From a bacterium (GTDB lineage Bacteria; SAR324; XYD2-FULL-50-16; G965216635): a DNA stretch of 64,000 nt. Where the stretch lies: the NCBI GenBank assembly GCA_965261475.1, contig OZ253454.1:543813-607812 (forward strand), in the 5' to 3' direction. Below, piece after piece: positions 36,672-45,098 of the stretch. Position 1 is the first letter of the stretch. Every line of letters starts with the position of its first letter. The notes below the pieces were generated by a model. It was given only the letters and a program-made list of their open reading frames with translations. It was not told the origin of the DNA and did not search any database. The position numbers and the translations under genes were made by a program.

Positions 36672-38169
36672 TTTTTTTATATTGGAAAGTTGCTATAGAA
36701 ACTATACATAAAAATAATATATAAAACAATAACCAGTCATTGAACACAGAGTTTTTCTGCCAAGAAATAACAGCAAAATTGCTTAAGTCAAAGTTTTTTT
36801 CCATTGTCCAGTACCATATGTCACTAATTTTTTGTACTAATAAAAAGTAATACTGTGCTAATCCTAATGGAATAAAGAAAAATCCTGCTAATACGGTAGG
36901 TAAATATATAAAACCCATAAAAAAAATATGAAAAGGGTTGTTTACAAAACTCAGTAGATTTAATTTATGAAAATAGATTAGAGTTAAAGGGGCAGTAAAA
37001 AAGTTAATGAATAATGTGAGCATGGCTGTTTGGAAAAATTTTTTGTATAAAAGAAGCAAAGATGCAGGCGAAAAATTTGTCCATTTACCAAAAACTAAAA
37101 TTGCGAATACTGCTAAAAAAGAAAATTGAAAACTCAAAGAGAAAACAATAGCAGGCTGCAGTAGAATCATCAACAAGGCTGTAATACATAAAACATAAAT
37201 AGCAGGTATCCAGTTAAATAAGTGACGTATAGCTATCCAAATAGCTAGCATTACCCAAGCTCTCACAGCAGTAATAGGGAAAACTATAAAATCTAGGTAA
37301 AACCAAACTACTAACACAGAAAGTAAATCTGATTCTAAGAGGCTAGATTTTTGTTTTTTTATGAGTAGCAATAGTATGTTAAGCAATTTACTGAGTAAAA
37401 AATGCACCCACAAAAAAATCATTCCAATATGTAGTCCAGAGATTGCAAATAAGTGAAAAATACCTAATGCAGAAATTTTATGACGCAAATCTCTAGATAA
37501 ACTACTTCTATCTGATAGTGCGATGCCTTGATAAATTTCTTTTGCTTTTCCTGCTAAGTAATAGTTACTTTTGTTTTTCCAATCTTGCCATAGCGAGCTT
37601 CTTTTCTCCCTTAGGATTTTATGTTTTGTAGAAAAGAATTTTGTTTGTGGTGTACTTTCGAGTAGCCAATTATTTTCTTTATAGGTTATTTTAGGGTAGA
37701 TAATGCGAATTTTTTCTCCAGCATAAACAGGAATATATTGTTTTTTGGTAGTTAAGATAGCTGATGCAATGGTATATTTTTGTTCTTTACAAAAAATCTT
37801 TATTTGTGAAAGCAATAAATATTTTTGAGTTTTTTTGTTGATATTTGCCTCTAAAAATTCTGGAGTTTGTTTACATAGCTGTAATTTTGTAAGTGTAATT
37901 TTTGGAAAAAGAAAAGCATAATTAAGGACCAAACAAGCAATCAATAACCCTATAAAAAACAATCTTTGGGGACAAAAAATTATACCACACAAACAACATA
38001 GTAAAAAAATAATTAGCTGGTAGGTAAACCAATTAGCAGATTGATAAAATACCCAAAAAAAACTAGAGCAAAGAATAAAAATTAGTAAAAATCTCCAATC
38101 TCTACAACAAACAAGTATTTTTAACAAAAATTGACACACATTTATGCTATTGAAGAGGCTCATCAACAA
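36664..38169 (-). CDS. comEC: DNA internalisation channel ComEC/Rec2, short form without metallo-beta-lactamase domain
   Basis: 501 aa. N-terminal TM and OB (DUF4131) region, then competence domain with ALGIFHLFAISGLHIGMIF. The protein ends without an HxHxDH beta-lactamase domain. 3' end overlaps the pilB-like start by 8 nt. Confidence 0.8.
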   Translation of the reverse strand: MLMSLFNSINVCQFLLKILVCCRDWRFLLIFILCSSFFWVFYQSANWFTYQLIIFLLCCLCGIIFCPQRLFFIGLLIACLVLNYAFLFPKITLTKLQLCKQTPEFLEANINKKTQKYLLLSQIKIFCKEQKYTIASAILTTKKQYIPVYAGEKIRIIYPKITYKENNWLLESTPQTKFFSTKHKILREKRSSLWQDWKNKSNYYLAGKAKEIYQGIALSDRSSLSRDLRHKISALGIFHLFAISGLHIGMIFLWVHFLLSKLLNILLLLIKKQKSSLLESDLLSVLVVWFYLDFIVFPITAVRAWVMLAIWIAIRHLFNWIPAIYVLCITALLMILLQPAIVFSLSFQFSFLAVFAILVFGKWTNFSPASLLLLYKKFFQTAMLTLFINFFTAPLTLIYFHKLNLLSFVNNPFHIFFMGFIYLPTVLAGFFFIPLGLAQYYFLLVQKISDIWYWTMEKNFDLSNFAVISWQKNSVFNDWLLFYILFLCIVSIATFQYKKNG

Positions 38170-38260
38170 TGTAGAAGTAAAATATCAAAAAATTTACTCT
38201 TGCACTACTGTTATGTTGATGTTTGAGAACTAGTGAGCATAAAAAATTAGTCGCTCATAA

Positions 38261-39418
38261 CTATTGAAAATGCTGACACATTTTATTGAAAAATTGTATA
38301 CCTTTTTCTAATTGGTCTAGTTCAATATATTCGTCTGGTTTGTGGGCTTGTGATACATTTCCTCCTCCTATGACAATACTAGGAATTCCTGCTTTTTGGA
38401 AGGCGCTTGCTTCTGTAGCGTAATCTGCTTTTTTACTCGTTGTTTTCTCGCTAAACTTGCAAGCGAGCTCAAAAATTTCTGTGTTTTCGCTGATAGCAAA
38501 GCTAGCATAGTTATCTATTGCTAGTTTTGCTCCACACGATAAGTGTTTAATTTGTAGTTTTCTATTCATTGTAGCTACAAAATCAATAATTTGTGCAATG
38601 TTTTGCTCGTTTTTTTTCTCGTCAATAGCACGTATTTCAAATTTTATTTGACAGGTTTGAGGGACAATATTTAAACTAGTTCCTCCTTTTATTATTCCTA
38701 CATGAAAAGTGCTATATGGCACTATAAACTGAGAGTCTTGGTAGCGTTTGTTTTCTTTACTGAGCTTTGTAAAAAAATTAAGAAACTCTATAGCGTAAAA
38801 AATAGCGTTAACTCCTTGTGTGAGATAGGCAGAGTGACATGATAATCCTTGAATTACTAAAGAGCAAGTAGTTTTTCCTTTGTGCGCTATAATAGGAAAA
38901 AATTCTGTAGGCTCTCCGATAAAACACATTTTAGGTGTTGTAGGACAAATTTTTGGTAGTTTTTTTAGTAAATTACGTATACCTAGACAACCTACTTCTT
39001 CGTCGTAGGAAAAACACAGATGCACTGGTATTTTTAGTTCCCTATAAAAAGGTGCAAATGTTAAGATTAACGCCAAAAAACTTTGCATATCGCAAGTTCC
39101 TCTGCCGTATAATTTACCTTGTTTTTGACTTAGAGTAAAAGCTGGTTTGCTCCATTTTTGATCCTCTATAGGTACAACATCTGTATGCCCTGAGAGCACA
39201 ATACCTGCTTTATCTTTTTTGCCAAAACTAGCCCACAAATTAGCTTTATCTTTTGTTTGATTGTAGTCTCTAACACAACAATAACCTAACGGCTTTAAGA
39301 TAGATTCTATATAGCCGATTTTTGCTAAATTAGATAGATTACTAACAGTTTTGATAGCTATTAGTTTTTCTAAATGGATAATGCTGTTTTTTAGTAAGCT
39401 GTAGTTGTTGTATCTCAT
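38261..39418 (-). CDS. M20-family metallohydrolase (acetylornithine deacetylase ArgE / DapE-like)
   Basis: ...GIVLSGHTDVVP... metal-binding motif and full M20 length (385 aa). Confidence 0.75.
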   Translation of the reverse strand: MRYNNYSLLKNSIIHLEKLIAIKTVSNLSNLAKIGYIESILKPLGYCCVRDYNQTKDKANLWASFGKKDKAGIVLSGHTDVVPIEDQKWSKPAFTLSQKQGKLYGRGTCDMQSFLALILTFAPFYRELKIPVHLCFSYDEEVGCLGIRNLLKKLPKICPTTPKMCFIGEPTEFFPIIAHKGKTTCSLVIQGLSCHSAYLTQGVNAIFYAIEFLNFFTKLSKENKRYQDSQFIVPYSTFHVGIIKGGTSLNIVPQTCQIKFEIRAIDEKKNEQNIAQIIDFVATMNRKLQIKHLSCGAKLAIDNYASFAISENTEIFELACKFSEKTTSKKADYATEASAFQKAGIPSIVIGGGNVSQAHKPDEYIELDQLEKGIQFFNKMCQHFQ

Positions 39419-39760
39419 GTTATTCTGCAGACTCTAAATTTGTTTGTATGAGTTAAAAAATCGCTTTTATTTTATTTTTGCTATCAAGTTTGTTAGTAAT
39501 TATTGTTAATCCAATTTTGTAGACATGTACAAATAATAAAATATTTTTTTTGAGTTGCAAATTTTTTTGTCTGACAAACATATTAAGACAAATATGATAG
39601 TTGTTTTGTTTTGAGTTTTGCTGATTAGATTATTGACTTACAGTTATTTTGCCAATTAAAATTTGTTTACTTAATTTTTATTTTTTGTAAAAATAATTTA
39701 TCTTGTAAGTGGTTATGTGGCTTTTTCTTAATTTGTAGACAATCATTAAATTATCTTGTT

Positions 39761-40798
39761 TTGAAAAAACGAATAAATTTGTTAAAATTTTTCCAAGGTA
39801 AAAAATTATTACTTGGAGTAGTTGCTGTAATTTGTTTATTTACTTTGGTGTGTATCACATTTGTTTTATATCCTTTTTTTGGCAGCAAAGAAACCAAGAG
39901 TTTTACTATTCCGCTTGGTGCTAGTGCCAAGCAAACATCCTTGATCTTAGAAAAAGCAGAAGTTTTACCTTTTCCTTATTTGTTTGTTATTTTTACTGTA
40001 GTTTTTGATTATGCTGGCAGTATAAATGGCGGTGATTATGAAATAAATAAAAAATTTTCTTTGCTAGAGCTTTTAAATATTTTACAAACCGGGCGTCAAA
40101 AAGATGTTGTAGTTAAAATTATTGAAGGTTTATCAGCTAAACAGATATTTAAAATTTTACGAGCATCGAATTTAAAAAATAGTGGAAATTATAAAGTTTT
40201 TTTTAACGATTTAAAATTTATTGCAAGTAATAAATTGTCTTTAGAAGCTAAAAATTTGGAAGGTTTTTTATTCCCTGATACCTATCATTTTTCTAAATTT
40301 GCTACAGAAGAGCAGGTTTTAAAAAAAATTATTGCTAATTTTCATAAAAAGATAGCAAGCTTAGCAAAAAATCAAGATTATTCTCCTTATGAATTGCTAA
40401 TTTTAGCCTCTATTATAGAAAAGGAGACTTCTGTGAAAGCAGAAAAAAAAATAGTAGCGTCTGTGTTTTTTAACCGCTTAGAAAAAAATATTAGATTACA
40501 AACTGACCCAACTGTTATTTATGGAATTAAAAATTTTAATGGCAACTTAACAAAAAAACATTTGAATGAGCTTACTCCTTATAATACCTATAGAATTAGA
40601 GCTCTACCTCCCACGCCTATCTCCAACCCTGGAATAGATGCCATTGAGGCTGCTTATTTTCCTGCTCAAACAGATTTTCTTTATTTTGTGGGTAAAGGTA
40701 ATGGTAGATCGCATTTTTCTGTTACTCTTAAAGAGCATAATAGAGCTGTTTTGCGTTATCAAAAAAGAAGAAATAAAAATTATAAATCTTATCAATAA
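39761..40798 (+). CDS. mltG: Endolytic murein transglycosylase MltG (YceG family)
   Basis: N-terminal TM anchor and YceG-like domain (...TIPLGASAKQ...PGIDAIEAAYFP...), 345 aa. Confidence 0.8.
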   Translation: MKKRINLLKFFQGKKLLLGVVAVICLFTLVCITFVLYPFFGSKETKSFTIPLGASAKQTSLILEKAEVLPFPYLFVIFTVVFDYAGSINGGDYEINKKFSLLELLNILQTGRQKDVVVKIIEGLSAKQIFKILRASNLKNSGNYKVFFNDLKFIASNKLSLEAKNLEGFLFPDTYHFSKFATEEQVLKKIIANFHKKIASLAKNQDYSPYELLILASIIEKETSVKAEKKIVASVFFNRLEKNIRLQTDPTVIYGIKNFNGNLTKKHLNELTPYNTYRIRALPPTPISNPGIDAIEAAYFPAQTDFLYFVGKGNGRSHFSVTLKEHNRAVLRYQKRRNKNYKSYQ

Positions 40799-40811
40799 AG
40801 TTGGTACAGCA

Positions 40812-41693
40812 ATGGAAAAAATACAAAAAATTTTCTTAGAAAAAGGGAATGTTTACAAGCCGTCTCGTACAGCTAGTGTTAAAGTTTTAGCAAACATAAA
40901 AATTACAGCGCAATCTAGTCTTGACGATGTTAGGCATATACTCTTGGATATGTCAGGTATTGGAATGAAGTTTTATGAAGGACAATCTATTGGTGTTATT
41001 CCAGATGGTGTAGATACTAATGGTAGAGCTCACAGAGTAAAACTTTACAGTGTTGCATCTAGTAGACATGGAGAAGATGGCAAAGGCTATATACTTGCTC
41101 TTTGTGTAAAAAGAGAGCTTTCTATAAAAGATGGTGCAGTTTTGAAAGGTCTTTGCTCTAATTATCTTTGCGACGCCAAAAAAGGAGACCATATCCTCAT
41201 CACAGGACCTATAGGAAGGACTTTTTTATTACCAGAAGACACTGCTACTAATCTTTTAATGTTTGCTACAGGCACAGGCATTGCTCCCTATAGAGGTTTT
41301 TTGCAATATATTCAAAGTTTAACTAATCCGTGGAGAGCAAAATGTCTGCTTTTTATGGGTTGCAAAACACAAAAAGAAGCGGTATACTTTAACGAAGAAA
41401 ATGATGATTTTACAAAATATTCTTTTTTGCAATACCATCTTGCTCTTTCTAGGGTAGATAAAACCGCAGATGGTCACAAAATGTATATACAACACAAGGT
41501 GCTAGAGTATTTAGATGAGATTTGGGAATTAATCATAAAAAATCATTTTGCCCTTTATATTTGTGGTTTAAGGGACATGGAAGAAGGCTTAAATCAAGTA
41601 TTTTTGCAAAAAGCAAAGAAGGAAGGATATGATTGGAGAGAATTAAAAACCTTCTTAAAAAGAAGTGGTCGTTGGAATATAGAGGTTTATTAA
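40812..41693 (+). CDS. fpr: Ferredoxin--NADP+ reductase (plant-type FNR)
   Basis: Start at MEKIQKIF (nt 40812). The track ORF's 5' part overlaps mltG. FAD motif RVKLYSVAS, NADP glycine motif LMFATGTGIAPYRGF, C-terminal ...NIEVY. Confidence 0.8.
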   Translation: MEKIQKIFLEKGNVYKPSRTASVKVLANIKITAQSSLDDVRHILLDMSGIGMKFYEGQSIGVIPDGVDTNGRAHRVKLYSVASSRHGEDGKGYILALCVKRELSIKDGAVLKGLCSNYLCDAKKGDHILITGPIGRTFLLPEDTATNLLMFATGTGIAPYRGFLQYIQSLTNPWRAKCLLFMGCKTQKEAVYFNEENDDFTKYSFLQYHLALSRVDKTADGHKMYIQHKVLEYLDEIWELIIKNHFALYICGLRDMEEGLNQVFLQKAKKEGYDWRELKTFLKRSGRWNIEVY

Positions 41694-41702
41694 AGTAATT
41701 AA

Positions 41703-43610
41703 GTGGATATTTTTAGAAAAAAAACATCTAAAGTGTTTTTTGCAATTTTTGCTTCTTTTTTTATGGGCGTGTTTGGGTTTGGTGTTTTTCAATTTTTTAG
41801 CAACCCAAATAATGTAGCGACTGTTGGAGCTACAAAAATCAAATTGTCAGAATTTTTGAATACATATAATTCGCTTGCTCGTGATAGGAATATAGAGTCA
41901 CAACAACAAGATTTAGCGCTTAAAAGACAAGCTTTAAATCGAGTTGTGGCAACTAGTGTTGTTCAGCAAGATGCAAAAAAAGCAGGTCTTTTTGTATCAG
42001 ATACAGAAATTAGACAGTTAATCGCCAATACTCCAAGTTTTATTTCTGAGCAAGGAGAGTTTAACCTCTCTGCTTATCAAAGTTTTCTTGCTCAACAAGG
42101 ATCTTCTGCTGCTGATTACGAAAATAATCTAAAAGTAAATATCCTACACAATAAATATTTGCAGCTCTTTTTTCCTATAACTAAAATCTCTGACGATTTA
42201 GCAAATTTTTTTCAAACCAGATATAATAAAAAAGCTCTCACTCGTTACTTTCAAGTACCAAAAAGATTTTTGGCAAAAACTCTACAGGTATCTGATGCTA
42301 AAATCAAAGAGTTTTACGACAACGCACAGCAAAATTATCGTGAACCATCTAGCTATTCTGCTAATTTATTTTACATAGCTAAAAATAAAGTCGCTATCAA
42401 TATTAGCGAAGAAAGTGTCACAAATTATTTAGAAAAAAACAAAGCAGAATTCGTTCAAAAGGCAAGTTTTAAAAGCAGTCATATTTTGTTTTCGTTAGAC
42501 GGAGTTAGTTCATCTAATGAACTTAGTGCGGTTAAGGAGCAGGCATACGATGTTTATCAAACACTCGTATCAGATAAAAATAAGTTTGCAGAGCTTGCTA
42601 AGCAGTATTCTCAAGATCCTATCAGTGCTAGCCAAGGTGGAGATTTAGGTTGGATAGTGTATGACAGTTTTGCTCAAGAGTTTGAAGATGTTGTAAAGCA
42701 GTTATCAATAGGAGAGGTTAGTGAGCCTTTTATTACAGCTATTGGTTATCATATAGTTTACCTAGAAGATACCAAAGAAGAAGTTTTTAATTTATCTCAA
42801 GCGCGAGAAGAGGTCAGATTGTTGCTTGAACAAAAGCAATTTAATAGTTTTGTGTCTATATTATTGCAAAAATTAACAGAAACCAAAAGTTATTCTTCGC
42901 CTAATTTACCACAAGAACAAGTAGCGGCAGACCATGATATTACTTACAAAATGAATACTTTGGTAACCTCAGAATCTAAATACCAAAATATTGCATTAAA
43001 AAAAATATACGATGCTTTACAAAAATTTGCAGAGCAAAATGTTAATATTTTTGATGTAGCACCCTATTTAAGTTTTGATGACTTATCTGATGAATCTGCA
43101 GACGGAGTTATTGTTTATCAACTGTTAGCTATAAATTTAGGAGCAAAATTACCATTTGAGTATGTTAAGAAACAAGTTACAAAAGATTTAGAGCATATAG
43201 AAAATGCAAAATATCTTCAAAATCAAGTTAGTGAGTTAAATAAACAATACAAAATAAAAGATGATTTTGACAAACTAATCAAAGAATGGAAAATAGCAAA
43301 TGTTGAGAATGTAGATTTTGTTTATGCTGTCCCAGAAACTAGTGCTTTGTCGTTAAAGTTAAAAAATAATGCTTTTAGATTACAACCAGAGCAGTTGCGT
43401 TTTTTTATAGACGATAATAAACTCTACTCTCTAGTATTAGATGGCTTCACTCAAGATAGTAGTACTGATTTTCAATCATTTTCTAAAGAAAATTTCGAAT
43501 TAGATAAAGCAAATGTATTGATCAATAGATTTGTAAGTAATATTCTAAGCCAAAGCAAGATTTCTTATAATTCAACTTTTTTAAAACAATATAACATACC
43601 GAAGCAATGA
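41703..43610 (+). CDS. ppiD: Periplasmic folding chaperone PpiD (membrane-anchored SurA_N plus parvulin domain)
   Basis: 635 aa. N-terminal TM. Parvulin block (KASFKSSHILFSL...GGDLGWIV...IGYHIVYLED). Confidence 0.8.
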   Translation: MDIFRKKTSKVFFAIFASFFMGVFGFGVFQFFSNPNNVATVGATKIKLSEFLNTYNSLARDRNIESQQQDLALKRQALNRVVATSVVQQDAKKAGLFVSDTEIRQLIANTPSFISEQGEFNLSAYQSFLAQQGSSAADYENNLKVNILHNKYLQLFFPITKISDDLANFFQTRYNKKALTRYFQVPKRFLAKTLQVSDAKIKEFYDNAQQNYREPSSYSANLFYIAKNKVAINISEESVTNYLEKNKAEFVQKASFKSSHILFSLDGVSSSNELSAVKEQAYDVYQTLVSDKNKFAELAKQYSQDPISASQGGDLGWIVYDSFAQEFEDVVKQLSIGEVSEPFITAIGYHIVYLEDTKEEVFNLSQAREEVRLLLEQKQFNSFVSILLQKLTETKSYSSPNLPQEQVAADHDITYKMNTLVTSESKYQNIALKKIYDALQKFAEQNVNIFDVAPYLSFDDLSDESADGVIVYQLLAINLGAKLPFEYVKKQVTKDLEHIENAKYLQNQVSELNKQYKIKDDFDKLIKEWKIANVENVDFVYAVPETSALSLKLKNNAFRLQPEQLRFFIDDNKLYSLVLDGFTQDSSTDFQSFSKENFELDKANVLINRFVSNILSQSKISYNSTFLKQYNIPKQ

Positions 43611-43906
43611 GTATTAATAACACTGTTAGTAGTTTAGGTCTTGAGATAGATAAACTAATACAAAAGGTCAATAAACTAAAAAAAGATAATCAATATCTAG
43701 TGGACAAGAATAAGGAGTTAGCAGAACAAATAAACAATTCTTCTAGTGAGCGAGGTGATACGGGAGATAGGCTCACACACTATTTAGAGCGGTTAAAAAC
43801 TGTAAATCATGAAGATGCAGAACCAGAAATTCTGAATTCACAACACAATAACGAGTCTCTAGATGAAAATTTGCAAGGAATTAATCCGCAAAAAGATTAT
43901 TTATAA
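43607..43906 (+). CDS. Small coiled-coil protein (ZapB-like?)
   Basis: 99 aa. N-terminal heptad-rich helix (LEIDKLIQKVNKLKKDNQYLVDKNKELAEQ), acidic tail. Start overlaps the ppiD stop (ATGA). Confidence 0.45.
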   Translation: MSINNTVSSLGLEIDKLIQKVNKLKKDNQYLVDKNKELAEQINNSSSERGDTGDRLTHYLERLKTVNHEDAEPEILNSQHNNESLDENLQGINPQKDYL

Positions 43907-44085
43907 AACCAATCTTGGCTTTACCTCTTGGCTGAAAAAACTTTGATATTACGGGTTGCTCTAGGCTAGAGTAAGAATACTAATTTGGAAAAAAGCAATA
44001 TTCTTTTATTTGAGATATTTGCTTGTAGTATTTTGCTATGGTAATGCTGTTTAGCTAACTCTCGTCACTTATTTACCTATTAAAT

Positions 44086-45090
44086 ATGAGATTATTTTTT
44101 GTTTTTTTTGGGTGCTTGCTAGTTAGTTGCAATTATAATTATCACTTAGGCACAATTTTAGAAAAAGATGGTAAATTCGAGGAGGCAAGTACAGAATACT
44201 CTCGTGCTTATTTTCAAGATTTATCTAATCAAAAATACCAAGTCGCTTATAAGAGAAATGCCTTAAAAGTTGTAGAAGTTCTAAAAGTAACTTACCAAAA
44301 ACAACTGACCAACAAAAATTTTTTTTCTGCTTATAAAATTTTAGAAAAAGCTACTCAATTAAATACTAAGAGTTTATTTTTTCAGCAAGAGCTCAAAAAA
44401 TGGCGTTTCTTATTGCTTTCTGGAAAAATTGACTATTCCAAAGGAAAGCATTTAAATGAGTTGTTTGCTGGTGATAAAATTTATCCTATAGTTCGTTTTA
44501 ACTCTCCTTTTTCTAGGAAAACACTAGAAGCGACTATCAATGTCAATGGAGAGTTTTTTTTAGAGGATTTGCTTTATACACCTGCTACACATAGCTATAT
44601 GCTTTATACTATAGATAGTATTGGTTTTAAATATTTGCCTTTCCAAGAGAAAAACACAGCCTTTATTGATAGTGATAATTTTGCATATTTATCTCTTATT
44701 AATTTTTATAAACCAACTCTTATGCAAGATCAAAAAGAGTTTATAAACTACAAGATCCAACAAAAATTACAAAACAATTTTTTTGATGAATCCTATTGGT
44801 ATCCGAAGAGAGGTATTACATATAGCTCTAAAATAATCAAACAAAAAATTTTTATTCGTTCTTCTAGTGCGCAAACTAGTTTTTTACCGCTTTTTATGTA
44901 TCAAAAACAGCAAAGAATTTTTTTAGATTTTGGTACTATCACTTTACGTAGAAAAGAAAGGTCGTTTATTTGGGGGGTTGCACGAAAAAAAGAAAATCAA
45001 GAAACCACTTATGCTGCAATAAAAAATAATTATTACTATCGTATATACGAAAAAACTCTAGAAAATACATATCATTTTGTCCGTCAATAA
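44086..45090 (+). CDS. Hypothetical lipoprotein
   Basis: Lipobox-like N-terminus MRLFFVFFGCLLVSC. 334 aa, no recognised domain. Sits 8 nt upstream of leuS. Confidence 0.6.
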   Translation: MRLFFVFFGCLLVSCNYNYHLGTILEKDGKFEEASTEYSRAYFQDLSNQKYQVAYKRNALKVVEVLKVTYQKQLTNKNFFSAYKILEKATQLNTKSLFFQQELKKWRFLLLSGKIDYSKGKHLNELFAGDKIYPIVRFNSPFSRKTLEATINVNGEFFLEDLLYTPATHSYMLYTIDSIGFKYLPFQEKNTAFIDSDNFAYLSLINFYKPTLMQDQKEFINYKIQQKLQNNFFDESYWYPKRGITYSSKIIKQKIFIRSSSAQTSFLPLFMYQKQQRIFLDFGTITLRRKERSFIWGVARKKENQETTYAAIKNNYYYRIYEKTLENTYHFVRQ

Positions 45091-45098
45091 TTAGCAAT

